Origin: Bacteroidia bacterium
Lineage (GTDB): Bacteria > Bacteroidota > Bacteroidia > AKYH767-A > OLB10
NCBI GenBank assembly: GCA_039931675.1
Contig: JBDTRM010000046.1
Span: 310-64,309, forward strand
DNA: 64,000 nucleotides
Direction: 5' to 3'
The notes below the pieces were generated by a model. That model had not been told where the DNA came from. It saw only the letters and a list, made by a program, of their open reading frames with translations, and did no database searches. Numbering within the stretch: the first letter of the stretch is position 1; every line of letters begins with the position of its first letter. Below, in pieces: positions 26,879 through 37,203 of this stretch. The translations under genes were made by a program, and so were the position numbers.

Positions 26879-28806
26879 TAATTCTGCTGAAGCACCACTA
26901 CCTGCGAGTAAGCATCGTTTAATTTATTGATCATTTTGTTCCAGTCGTCAAATTGATTTGTCTCTTTCACAAGTGTATCAAATGAAATTGTTTTTTCCAT
27001 CCAAACTTTATTTCCCGCGGTATGATAAACAATATTGTATCCGAAAAAGCCTGATTTGTATTCACTGTTTTCAGGCACCTTGAATAAATTATATCCTGAA
27101 GGAATTGTAAGTACAGTTATCTGCCTGAGAATATATTTGTAATCGTACTGCTTTTCCTTTTTAGTTTTACTTGTCTCAATCAGCTCACCCTGCAGCGATT
27201 TTTTCAAATGCATATTTACATACATTTTATTGTCTATCTGCTTGGTGTAAACCGGAATCGTCACGTTATAATTAAAAATTGCTGTGTCGCTGTAATCGTT
27301 CACACCTTTCCAGGTGATGGAATCAATTTTACACTTGTTATTGCCGAATTCAAAACTCTGAGCCATGCCCTCCTGCTTATCTTTTTCTGAAACATCAGAA
27401 AATGCATTTGAAATCATATAATTAAAAAAACCGCCATAGCTTGAGTGCCCCGTGCCTTTAATAGTAGTGCCGTCAAAAGTTATATCAAGAGAATCTGTTT
27501 TGAAATTTTTTTCCTTTTCAATAACCGGCACTTTTGCAATTACAAATGAATCGGCATTGATAGCAATCAGCGCTTCTTTACACTGGATAAAAGAAGAGGG
27601 ATAGCCGAAGGCAAGACCTGATGCAGTGCCATCAAGGAAACACCATTGATCATGATAGCGCAATGAAATAATCATGTGATTGTCCACTACAGGCGTGGGT
27701 AATTCATGGTAAGAATAAGGAATGCTCCTGGTGCCTATCCAGGTAAAATAAGCAGGAATGCCGGCTGACTTGAAGAGCGCATACAATAAACTGGATTTGT
27801 CTTTACAATCTCCATAACGCCTGGCATAAACCAACTCAGCATCGCGGGGAATAAAACCGCCCAGGCCATATTCGAATGCAATGTATTTTGTATGGTCCTG
27901 CACCCAGTAATATATTGACTTGATTTTTTGCTTTTCATCGGTGATGCCCCGCGTAAGCGAATCAGCTAATAGCTGAATGGCGTCTGAGTTAGCTGTTACA
28001 AGCTGACTGATATGAGCATAATACCAGGTATATAATTGCTTAACATCACTCAGAACAGGTATCGTTTTATCATTAACGGTATATTTATCTACATACAAAA
28101 TAACATGCGGTGCATGCAGGCGCCAGTTGTCTTCTTCATCCTCATCATCGTAAGCCGGCCGGTTATTAGCCTGCCAGGTATAGGTAATGCTGTTTTTCAT
28201 TTCCTTTTTTGAAAATTCAATTCCGGCAGTATCGCCCTTCAAAAGATATTTAAGGCTTACATTTTTAGGAAACGTAACTGAGTATTCCATTTTTGATGAC
28301 GGAGAATAAGCGGCAAGAAAAAAAGGGGCAATGAAATGCGGATCCTTATATTGCTCATGGTAAGAATAAGAAGCTACTGCGCCTTGTTTCAATGAAGGAT
28401 AATCGAAATAGATTTGTTTAAGATCATCATAAAACACACCTCTCTTCCGGGGTTTGTCAACAAATGTTTCTTCCACTTCTATTTTCCTAAGCCTGCCATT
28501 ACTTTGCGGTACATAGCTCTGCGCTTTCAGATTACTTATGGCCTCGTTCTCTTCATAATAATAAATTGACCTGCGCTTGTAAAGATTAGCCTTGTCATTT
28601 AAAAAAAGCAGATCGCTTGTATAATCAGTTCCTATTTCGAGCTTATCATCTTTAATGCTGATATTAATTGCCGCCTTGTTAGTAAGAAAAAAAGCATCAG
28701 CATAAGGGTACCTTTCCCTGATCCTTTCGGTATTAAAATCAGGCTGGGCAAATACGACCAGCGTACAGCATAAAAAATAAAGTGTTGATATAAATATTTT
28801 CATCAT
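26878..28806 (-). CDS. DUF3857-like N-terminal domain plus transglutaminase-like cysteine protease domain protein
   Basis: Signal peptide; core RRYGDCKDKSSLLYALFKSAGIPAYF; start overlaps the upstream gene's stop by 4 nt. Confidence 0.7.
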   Translation of the reverse strand: MMKIFISTLYFLCCTLVVFAQPDFNTERIRERYPYADAFFLTNKAAINISIKDDKLEIGTDYTSDLLFLNDKANLYKRRSIYYYEENEAISNLKAQSYVPQSNGRLRKIEVEETFVDKPRKRGVFYDDLKQIYFDYPSLKQGAVASYSYHEQYKDPHFIAPFFLAAYSPSSKMEYSVTFPKNVSLKYLLKGDTAGIEFSKKEMKNSITYTWQANNRPAYDDEDEEDNWRLHAPHVILYVDKYTVNDKTIPVLSDVKQLYTWYYAHISQLVTANSDAIQLLADSLTRGITDEKQKIKSIYYWVQDHTKYIAFEYGLGGFIPRDAELVYARRYGDCKDKSSLLYALFKSAGIPAYFTWIGTRSIPYSYHELPTPVVDNHMIISLRYHDQWCFLDGTASGLAFGYPSSFIQCKEALIAINADSFVIAKVPVIEKEKNFKTDSLDITFDGTTIKGTGHSSYGGFFNYMISNAFSDVSEKDKQEGMAQSFEFGNNKCKIDSITWKGVNDYSDTAIFNYNVTIPVYTKQIDNKMYVNMHLKKSLQGELIETSKTKKEKQYDYKYILRQITVLTIPSGYNLFKVPENSEYKSGFFGYNIVYHTAGNKVWMEKTISFDTLVKETNQFDDWNKMINKLNDAYSQVVVLQQN

Positions 28807-31800
28807 TCATAAGGGATATCGTTAACGTAACGCAATTTCTTTTTCTGCTTTCCTGTAACATCATCATAGGTAATGAGCAAACCTTCCTTTGATCCGTTTA
28901 AATAATTTTCCTGTTTTACAAGAATGCCTTTTTCATTATAGTATTTGCTGCTGCCATACAGATTGCCTCCTAAATAGTTCTTTTCGTTTTTAGTTTGCCC
29001 GTTATCGTAATATTCTTTGGACAATCCACTCTCATCACCAGCTATAAAAACTTCTGTTGATTCAATTTTTCCATTCATATAATAATAAGTTCTCTTGCCT
29101 TCGTTGAATCCATCCATTACATTAATTTCGGCTGATTTGTTTCCGTTTGGGTAATATGAAGTAAAACTTACTGTTTGCTTTATCACAGGAACGTCTTCAA
29201 TATACTTTCCATTTTTGTCCAGGTAGCTATAGGCAATAATATTTCCATCACTGTATTTTAACCTGTAACGGGGAGTAATACCATCTGCTGCATAGTAAAC
29301 GAAATAACCTTCACGCTCATCACGCTTATATTTTCCGGTCAGCGAAAGTTTTCCTTTATCATCGTACCAGAACGCGCTGTCTTCAACATCGCCCTGCCTG
29401 TAATGAAAAACTGAAGATATGGTTCCGTTTTCATTATAGTTTTTTGAAATACTGTCAATGAGGTTGTTTTTGTAAAAATCTTCATCCTTCACTTTCCCAT
29501 TATAATAATATTCCACACGCTTGCCATTGCGCTGGCCGTTGGCAAAGGATTGTACAATCCTTTTTTCTCCGTTAGGGAAAAACCAGGTTCCCTCTCCGTC
29601 TTTTTCCCCGTTTTTAAAAGTTACTTTCTGGTCAACTGACTTATTTAAATGCAGCGATTTGAAATCAAGAGCTCCCTTGATAAATTCCTGGCGACATATT
29701 ATATGATTAGCAGTATCATACGATGAAGATACTGCCAGCAAGTCATTTTCATCAAAGCAGTTTTCATATTGCAGCCTTCCTGATTCATCAAACTGTTGCT
29801 GACAGCCATAACTTTTGTCGTTAAGGTAATAATTGATTTCTGAAATGGTTTTGTCAGGATAATACTCATGCCATTCGCCCTGCGCCATATCATCCGCATA
29901 CCAGCCCTCTTTTTGAATATTGCCGTTTTTATAATAATAAATTAAATATCCGTCAACCTTGCCATCTTTATAAGCCGCCTTTTCTTTCACATTGCCGTTT
30001 TTAAAATAATAAGTTGCCTCCCCGTTTTTAAGCCCATCTTTATAATTGATCTCATTAACTTTTTTACCTGTTTTGTGATATGAAGTCCACAAGCCTTCAA
30101 CTTTACCATCCACCAATTTGCCTTCAGTATTTTTACACGAGCCAGCAGGAAACCACGATACGAAATCAAGCTTTCCGCCCTTCTCCTCTCCCTGCGAAAT
30201 AATTTTACCGGTTTTATCCATGTACTTGTACTTCTTCATATTACCATTCTTATATTGAATTTCGGCATATTGAATTCCATCATCATCATCAAACAGTTTA
30301 TTTAATCCATCTATTGTTCCGTTATTCATTTCGCTTTCTGAGTATAGCTTTCCGTTTTCATGAAACTCTTTCCATATACCGGTTTCTTTGCCGCCTTTAA
30401 ACGAACCTGTTCTTTTCAAAATCCCATTATCAAAATAAACCTTCCACTCTCCTTCATAAAGATCATTAACCACTTTGCCTTCGCTCATTAGTGTTCCGTC
30501 AGGGTTGTATTTTTTCTGGGTTCCGTTTTCTTTTCCGTTTATATAAGTTGTTTCGATGTACAGTGTGCCGTCACTGTAATACTCGTGATAGCTTCCATCG
30601 TTCAGGTTATTTTTACTTGAATACTTCTTTTTTAATTTTCCGTTTTCATGATTAATGATTATTTCGCCTTCGGTTTTTCCATCTTTAAAAGTTCCTTTTG
30701 CGCTCATTACACCTGTTGAATAGTAGTACTCAACTACACCCTGGTAAATCTCATTTTGATAAGTTCCTTTTTCGCTTAACTGGCCGTTTTTGTAAAACGA
30801 CTGCGATAACCCGCTTACTTTATCATTATCATAATTTACAATCTTACGAAGCCCGCCTTCAGGATAATAATATTTCCACTCACCCTGTACCAGGCCTTTA
30901 TCATTATAATTTCCAAAGCTTTTTACACCACCTGAAGGATGAAAGTAAACCCATGGCCCTTTATTAATTTTTGCTTTTGTATCATAATCGCCCACTGATT
31001 TTATATTCTTGTTGTTATAAAGATTAATATAACCTGTGAATTCGTTGCCATTAACTTTTATCTTTTCCCTGTTCATTTTAAAGGCAACATAATCGCCTGC
31101 AAAGTCAACCATCTTATCAATTTTTGATTTATTGTCTTTATAAGCTTTTTGCACAGCATCTTCTTTCACTCCTCCAAATGACAGATACATAAGCGCATCG
31201 AAATAGTTGTTCTTCCATAGCTCGCTGAAAAGCGGAACATAAGTCTGCATCCAGAAACCCTTATCGGCTGCATTGTACTGTAGCTTTTCGTTTAAGGCTT
31301 GCATCGTTTTTACAATTTTAAGATAGGTGAGTTTTACATTTGTTTTGTATTTATCATCAAGAGCTGTTTTTGAGCGTATAATTTCATCAATATCTTCAAA
31401 GTGATCATTGCCATAAACAATATCAATTACCGAGTCTTTGTTTACTTTGTATTCACCACCGGCAATTTTTTCAATATTGCCTAATGCGCTAACCGATCGC
31501 TTCGAGGTGTTTTCAATAAGCAAAAACATTTGGAAAGACAACAAAGCCTCTACAAACTTATTATTTCGCATAGCGAGCACTGCAAGTTGAAAATGACTGC
31601 CGGCATGCAATGGATTAAGGCGGATTGCTTTTTGAAAACATTGCACAGCCAGGCTGTCTTTATTATGCACGGCATAAGCCACACCCTTTTCAAAATAATA
31701 CTTGTAGTGATAAGGAAACCGCTTTATTCCCTCATCGTAGCTGGCGATGGCCTTATCAAGACTATCAGCTATATCATAAGCATTGCCCAGTAAAAGGTAA

Positions 31801-32114
31801 AAGTTTATCGAGTATTCAGAATTAAGAGCTATTCCTTTTTTACAGGTTTCAATGGCTTTTATTGAATCGCCAGATGCCAGGTAACTCGTCACCAGTTCTG
31901 AAAGCGCATAAGCGTAGTTAGTATCATTCCTGTTAATGCTCAGGTACTTTGCTATGGCTTCTTTAAACTTGCCATCATCATGCAATTTCACGCCTTCGGT
32001 AATTGCTTCACCTGAATTTACGAGCGGAATACGTTGATGATCCTGCGCCTGCAGCTGAATTAAATTAATAAAAATTAATGCTGCTGTTAACAGCGCTGAT
32101 AAGATTGTTCGCAT
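28803..32114 (-). CDS. giant TPR plus MORN-variant (YwqK-like) repeat protein
   Basis: Signal peptide MRTILSALL...LQAQ, about 200 aa of TPR, then more than 20 repeats of the G.W..Y..NG.L...G.Y.NG..(D/E)G type. Confidence 0.75.
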   Translation of the reverse strand: MRTILSALLTAALIFINLIQLQAQDHQRIPLVNSGEAITEGVKLHDDGKFKEAIAKYLSINRNDTNYAYALSELVTSYLASGDSIKAIETCKKGIALNSEYSINFYLLLGNAYDIADSLDKAIASYDEGIKRFPYHYKYYFEKGVAYAVHNKDSLAVQCFQKAIRLNPLHAGSHFQLAVLAMRNNKFVEALLSFQMFLLIENTSKRSVSALGNIEKIAGGEYKVNKDSVIDIVYGNDHFEDIDEIIRSKTALDDKYKTNVKLTYLKIVKTMQALNEKLQYNAADKGFWMQTYVPLFSELWKNNYFDALMYLSFGGVKEDAVQKAYKDNKSKIDKMVDFAGDYVAFKMNREKIKVNGNEFTGYINLYNNKNIKSVGDYDTKAKINKGPWVYFHPSGGVKSFGNYNDKGLVQGEWKYYYPEGGLRKIVNYDNDKVSGLSQSFYKNGQLSEKGTYQNEIYQGVVEYYYSTGVMSAKGTFKDGKTEGEIIINHENGKLKKKYSSKNNLNDGSYHEYYSDGTLYIETTYINGKENGTQKKYNPDGTLMSEGKVVNDLYEGEWKVYFDNGILKRTGSFKGGKETGIWKEFHENGKLYSESEMNNGTIDGLNKLFDDDDGIQYAEIQYKNGNMKKYKYMDKTGKIISQGEEKGGKLDFVSWFPAGSCKNTEGKLVDGKVEGLWTSYHKTGKKVNEINYKDGLKNGEATYYFKNGNVKEKAAYKDGKVDGYLIYYYKNGNIQKEGWYADDMAQGEWHEYYPDKTISEINYYLNDKSYGCQQQFDESGRLQYENCFDENDLLAVSSSYDTANHIICRQEFIKGALDFKSLHLNKSVDQKVTFKNGEKDGEGTWFFPNGEKRIVQSFANGQRNGKRVEYYYNGKVKDEDFYKNNLIDSISKNYNENGTISSVFHYRQGDVEDSAFWYDDKGKLSLTGKYKRDEREGYFVYYAADGITPRYRLKYSDGNIIAYSYLDKNGKYIEDVPVIKQTVSFTSYYPNGNKSAEINVMDGFNEGKRTYYYMNGKIESTEVFIAGDESGLSKEYYDNGQTKNEKNYLGGNLYGSSKYYNEKGILVKQENYLNGSKEGLLITYDDVTGKQKKKLRYVNDIPYE

Positions 32115-32317
32115 GAGTTTAAGAAAATTTAAGAGGGCGCACAATGTAAATAAATGAGATGAAAACGATATAATTTTTTAAAAATTATTGCCTTCACTGT
32201 TCCCGTTTAAATTAGGGATTGTCTGCCTTGCTTTAAAAGGTTAATTGTTTTTATGAAAATAAATGTTCTGATAAGAATTAATCAGCAACCCTAAGAAATT
32301 TTTTTTTGATTATCCTG

Positions 32318-33259
32318 TTATTTGATTTTGCAATTCTTATCAATAAGATCATTTACCTCATCTCCATACATATCTGTAAATCCTTTTTTAATAGCGGTAT
32401 TTAAATCTTCGCATGCACTTTTTGTATCACCCTGCTCAATAAATATCAGGGCACGGTTACGGTAGGCATACGAATTAGAGGGAAGCAATTTAATGGATTG
32501 ATTAATGTTTTTCATAGCATCTTTTACATTGCCGAGCTTTAGCTGCACGTACGCTAAATTGCTAAGAATATAGGGCAGCTTAGGATCAAGACTGAGTGCT
32601 TTATTAAGATAAATCAGGGCGCTGTCATATTTTTCCATGCCTGAATAAATAAAGCCGATATTCTGCAATGCCATGGTGTCTTTAGGATTATCCCGTACCA
32701 CTTTAAAAAGTATTTCAAGCGCCTCTGGTTTTTCATCCAGATGCATTTTAGACATTGCCATGTTTATCATCGCTTTTCTGTTGGTGGTATCAGCATCGTA
32801 AACCGCTTTACTGTCATTATACGCTCCTTTATAATTTCTTGTAGCAAGATACTCTCCGCTCCGGCCTAACATCGAATTAAGCCTGATGGTATCATTTGGG
32901 GCGTATTTTATTGCCATGTCGAGATCGTTGATAGCTTCGCGGAACATATTGGTAACAGAAAAAACCCGCGCACGCATTTCATAAGCTTCGGCATAATTGT
33001 TATTGAGCTTTATAGCCTGCGTGAGATCATTATATGCCAACTGCAACTCATCATTTTCGGAATAAGCCTCGCCACGTTTCAAAAAATAAACTTCTTTGCT
33101 GTTATCCTTTTCAATGGCTTGTGTAAAAAGCTTTATCGCTTCTTTATATTTTCCTTTTTCAATTAAGCGGTTGCCTTCAACCAGGAAATTGTCAGGTTGC
33201 TGAGCGATTGAATACAAGCCGGTAAACAAACCAATAGTTATGAGTATGAATTTTTTCAT
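32318..33259 (-). CDS. secreted TPR-repeat protein
   Basis: Signal peptide MKKFILITIGLFTGLYSIAQ; eight or so TPR units. Confidence 0.7.
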   Translation of the reverse strand: MKKFILITIGLFTGLYSIAQQPDNFLVEGNRLIEKGKYKEAIKLFTQAIEKDNSKEVYFLKRGEAYSENDELQLAYNDLTQAIKLNNNYAEAYEMRARVFSVTNMFREAINDLDMAIKYAPNDTIRLNSMLGRSGEYLATRNYKGAYNDSKAVYDADTTNRKAMINMAMSKMHLDEKPEALEILFKVVRDNPKDTMALQNIGFIYSGMEKYDSALIYLNKALSLDPKLPYILSNLAYVQLKLGNVKDAMKNINQSIKLLPSNSYAYRNRALIFIEQGDTKSACEDLNTAIKKGFTDMYGDEVNDLIDKNCKIK

Positions 33260-33410
33260 CTTATTAAAATACGAAAGCAAATAAAATTTATTGTTTTAAA
33301 TATAAGGGTAGCTTCTTTATGATTGATGCAGCTTAATCGAATTAGAAAGGCGCAAGATACAACAAAATAATAAGGTTGTAGGGGACTTGGCAGAAGGAGG
33401 ATTGGATAAT

Positions 33411-33450
33411 TTGTTTTAGAATATTTGGATTGGTAAAGTAGCGAATAAAT
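33411..33450 (-). repeat. array-2 element, degenerate copy without ORF
   Basis: + strand ttgttttagaatatttggattggtaaagtagcgaataaat; the ATG is lost. Confidence 0.6.
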
Positions 33451-33640
33451 GGGTGGATTGTTGCCTGCCTTCGCTCACCCAGCCCTTAAAGGGCACTGCC
33501 ACACAAGTGTTTAGCATCTTAATCATTCACTTTTGATTTTATTTCTTTTTTCTTTCCATCATAAAAAAAAATCATCATTAGAAACATAAGCGGGCTGAGC
33601 TCTTTAGCGCTCGGGGGAGCGCGGGAGTAAGAGTTATTTT

Positions 33641-33694
33641 TCAATTCCAGACTCATTTTATAAATATTTGGTTTACGCTAAGTAGGGAATAAAT
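33641..33694 (-). repeat. array-2 element copy b (only a 45-codon ORF follows it)
   Basis: + strand tcaattccagactcattttataaatatttggtttacgctaagtagggaataaat. Confidence 0.85.
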
Positions 33695-33791
33695 AGCTAC
33701 GGAACGAGCTACAAGGACACTTATGAAATTGCAGGAAAGAAACGGAACAGAAAAAGATTTGAGGTTTTTGTGAAAAGGGGTGGCACGGGTT

Positions 33792-34454
33792 TTATTTTAT
33801 CAATTTCCCTTTATTATATTTTTCTATTCTTATCAACTGATTATTCTCATCAAAATAAAACCAGTCACTGTCTTTGACCTGGCAACAAGTAACACTATCG
33901 TATGATAGATAAGGGGGAAAAGTGTCGCGAACAGAAATTGTATCACAAATACTTTCAGGGAAATATTTGCCAATAGCTTTTAATGTTTTTGTTGAATCTT
34001 TATCCTCCCATACACCATAATATCCAGCACCATTGACAGAAAAGCCCCCACTTTTTTGTTTTCCATTTTCGTATTGCATACTATAAATCAAAGTATCATT
34101 AATTGTAACATTAGTATAAATTGAATTGTCTTCCCAGGTTGTTGATCTAATCTTCTTATCATGATAAAAGAATACTTCATACCTTAAGCTATCATAAGTG
34201 TAATTTTTCCAAACTCCTTCTTTGAGTTTATTGATAATGTTGCCTTCAGCCTTTAAGGTTTCTTTATTGTACATTTTAACATAGTACTTTGAAGTATCAT
34301 CGCAATTATAATATTTCCTCCTTTCCAAATTGCTCCAAAAATTATTATGTGAAGGTTGAACATTTACTATGCGTTCACATGGCTTATCGGATTCGGTAAA
34401 TGTCAATGAAAATGAACTCAGGAAAATTAACCAAAATGTTTGTCTGTAAGTCAT
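33792..34454 (-). CDS. MORN-variant/YwqK-like repeat protein with signal peptide
   Basis: KAEGNIINKLKEGVWKNYTY..., GVWEDKD... repeats; ATGA overlap with the upstream gene. Confidence 0.6.
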   Translation of the reverse strand: MTYRQTFWLIFLSSFSLTFTESDKPCERIVNVQPSHNNFWSNLERRKYYNCDDTSKYYVKMYNKETLKAEGNIINKLKEGVWKNYTYDSLRYEVFFYHDKKIRSTTWEDNSIYTNVTINDTLIYSMQYENGKQKSGGFSVNGAGYYGVWEDKDSTKTLKAIGKYFPESICDTISVRDTFPPYLSYDSVTCCQVKDSDWFYFDENNQLIRIEKYNKGKLIK

Positions 34455-35029
34455 TTGATAATTGAGTAAACGTTTATTCTATCAATACTTTCAACAATCC
34501 CTGCATTGCGCAAAGGATGGGACTCTGAATTAACTTCGCTTGATTCCATAAATTCAAATGTTTCTATCCAGAAAAATAAACACCATCTATAATTTACTCT
34601 TCTTTCGTAACGTTGTTTTTTATCAATTAATAAAACTTCTGTTTGCCTTGCCCAAAACAAACCAAAATCTTTAGGTCTTTCAACGCATGTAAAATAAACT
34701 AAGTTGAACTTGCTTTGTAAAGAATCAGTTGACCTCCAATTTTCTTTTGTCTGAAAATAGATGTAATGAACATTCAATTTCTTTTTCAATACATCTTTAT
34801 CATCTTTAAGGTTATGGGACAAATAGATATTTAAATCGTTACCACATTCAGAAACAACAAAATCCTGAACAAAAACACTATCAGCATGATGAGTAAGCGT
34901 AGCAAAATAATCAGGAAGCAATTTATCTTTCAATCCATGTTGCCCAACAAAATGATATGACAAAATTTGAATAGCAAGAAGCGACAGAATAATTATCAGC
35001 CACTCTCTTATTCTGTTTTTAAAAATCAT
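34451..35029 (-). CDS. hypothetical membrane-anchored protein
   Basis: 192-codon ORF with one N-terminal TM helix. Confidence 0.5.
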   Translation of the reverse strand: MIFKNRIREWLIIILSLLAIQILSYHFVGQHGLKDKLLPDYFATLTHHADSVFVQDFVVSECGNDLNIYLSHNLKDDKDVLKKKLNVHYIYFQTKENWRSTDSLQSKFNLVYFTCVERPKDFGLFWARQTEVLLIDKKQRYERRVNYRWCLFFWIETFEFMESSEVNSESHPLRNAGIVESIDRINVYSIIK

Positions 35030-35078
35030 TCTATTGTTTATTTCTCATTAACAAATCTAATGGTAGTAGTTTCACATT

Positions 35079-35657
35079 CTAATTATCAGCCCATATAATG
35101 TTTTTAACATTATCACTCCTGTGATGAATTTTTGTAATACTAACCTTATTTAAGTCAAATGATTTATCCACTTCATAAAAGTCAAAACCTAACTTAATTT
35201 TTTCAATCATCTTAATTTTTTTGACGGACATAAAGTTTGCTTCAAAGTCTATTTTACCATTTGGTGAAATTTCTTCTATTACCGGAACATCTAAATAACA
35301 GTAACGAGTGTTCCATAATTTAAAGACAGCGGTGTCATATTGCAAACTATACTGCATTCCATCACATGAAGATGATAAGAAATAAACTGTATCCAAATTG
35401 TTATTGAATAAAGTCCCCTGAATTTTTAAAATCTCTATTTGAAACTTTGGAATAACTGATGATTTTTCAAGTTCCATATTATTTGGTTTTATAAATTCAA
35501 TATTTTCTGCTTTGAAATCAAACCTGATGTTTTTGTGATTAATAGAATTGGAAATTTTTTCTTCGTCAAATTGTATTGCAGGAAATTTTTTTTGCACGCC
35601 CTCATTACAAGAAAATGCAAATGAAATTGTCAACAGGAATAGCATTACCCGCAACAT
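35079..35657 (-). CDS. hypothetical lipoprotein
   Basis: Lipobox ISFAFSC after the internal Met MLRVMLFLL (ORF track start 35735 trimmed). Confidence 0.5.
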   Translation of the reverse strand: MLRVMLFLLTISFAFSCNEGVQKKFPAIQFDEEKISNSINHKNIRFDFKAENIEFIKPNNMELEKSSVIPKFQIEILKIQGTLFNNNLDTVYFLSSSCDGMQYSLQYDTAVFKLWNTRYCYLDVPVIEEISPNGKIDFEANFMSVKKIKMIEKIKLGFDFYEVDKSFDLNKVSITKIHHRSDNVKNIIWADN

Positions 35658-35769
35658 TTTTCGGATGCCATTTACAATTATAATAGCATTTATTTTCTCT
35701 GCGCTTTGTGAAAAGTGATAATTATTCATCATCATAATTTGGATTTTCTATTTCATCATCTGAAGGTAA

Positions 35770-36243
35770 TCATCCATTATTGATCTTTTCAATCAAGGAT
35801 TTCAGATAACCGAGTACACCTCTCTTAGTGCAATCTATGCAAACGACCTTATTTGTTTCAACGTCTTTGTCATCAATTGTTGCACCGGCTACTTCAGTTG
35901 CAAACCAAAATCCTTTTGCAAAATTTTTATGTGATGTTGTCATAGGTGTTTTATCATAGTCTTGCGGTTCACCTGTTTTTTCTTCCTTTTGAACTTCTCT
36001 CCAAACAATTTCCTCGTCAAAGTAATCTTCCGTTTTGGATGAAAGTTGCCCGGCACTGCAAGTATAACAAACACCTTTATCAAGGCATCTGATAATTACT
36101 TCATTTAATAGCTCACTGTCTTCATTATCAGCAATAGTAAAAGCAATCCAATTATTTGTTGGAAGTTTCTCAAACTATTTATTGTCAGTGCGGACATTGC
36201 AATAAAGAATTTGCCGGTTATTTATTTCTCCTAAAATTTCCAA
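35770..36243 (-). pseudogene. cassette gene disrupted by an in-frame TAG and lacking a start codon
   Basis: Continuous frame LEILGEINNRQILYCNVRTDNK*FEKLPTNNWIAFTIADNEDSELLNEVIIRCLDKGVCYTCSAG...GYLKSLIEKINNG; TAG at 36175-36177. Confidence 0.45.
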
Positions 36244-36282
36244 TAGAGTAATTTAATTATTTACAACTTATTCCAACCAACA

Positions 36283-36996
36283 TTAATTGTACTTCTTTCT
36301 TCTAATTAAAATTCCATTTTTGAATTCTTCTTCTAAACGTAAATCCCCGTTCATCCTCCAATATTTCCAAACTCCATTCTTTGGAGGTAAATAAGTGGTA
36401 CGAACTTGTGTTATGAATAATGTGTCAGTTTTATTGACACCGTTTTCATTCATGTCAAATTTATTGATGTAAATATTATCTTGTCCGTACCTTATGGTGT
36501 CAAAATAAATTTGTTTTTTCATAGGAGGGGTAGGGTCATTTGAAAAAGCACAACTGTTAATGGAATCCCTTTTTGACATTTGATAACTTCCCTGGCTCTT
36601 TTTTGTTCCATCATCAAAATATTCTATCCATTCTCCGGTTCTGAAATCCTTGAAGTATTTGCCTTTCCTTTTAATATTTCCATTGTAATAATATTCAACA
36701 AATGGACCTTCAAAATTTGCATTAGTGTTGGAGGTAATAGTATAAACCGGTTTACCATTTAAAAAATAGGCGGTTTCAGTTGCAATTGTCAGCGTTGAAT
36801 CAACAATAATTATCCTTTCTACAACATCTCCACCTTCATAATTACACCTAAATATATATTGCCCGGTTACTGAATCATGTTCGTGACTGAAATAGTCGGG
36901 ATTCATATAGTAATTAAAAAAGGCAACAGTATCCTGGGCAACTACTTCACTGCAACATACAACCAGAAAAATATAAATTAAACAGAAGGATTTCAT
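36283..36996 (-). CDS. MORN-variant/YwqK-like repeat protein with signal peptide
   Basis: FEGPFVEYYYNGNIKRKGKYFKDFRTGEWIEYFDDGTKKSQGSY and KNGVWKYWRMNGDLRLEEEFKNG. Confidence 0.65.
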   Translation of the reverse strand: MKSFCLIYIFLVVCCSEVVAQDTVAFFNYYMNPDYFSHEHDSVTGQYIFRCNYEGGDVVERIIIVDSTLTIATETAYFLNGKPVYTITSNTNANFEGPFVEYYYNGNIKRKGKYFKDFRTGEWIEYFDDGTKKSQGSYQMSKRDSINSCAFSNDPTPPMKKQIYFDTIRYGQDNIYINKFDMNENGVNKTDTLFITQVRTTYLPPKNGVWKYWRMNGDLRLEEEFKNGILIRRKKYN

Positions 36997-37203
36997 TTAA
37001 TAAGATTTTTGTTTTACGTTTTGAACTATTCAATTGGTATGCATTGACGCGTACTAAGCCGAAACTGTTTATTGAATGTTCGTCAGTTTGATGTTAGCAC
37101 TGTTTCTGCAAAATGGCAGCTCACATGTTATTATCCTAACAAACATAATCGAAAGGTTCTTATATCCAATATGTTTATATCACGGCAATGTTTATACTGA
37201 GAT

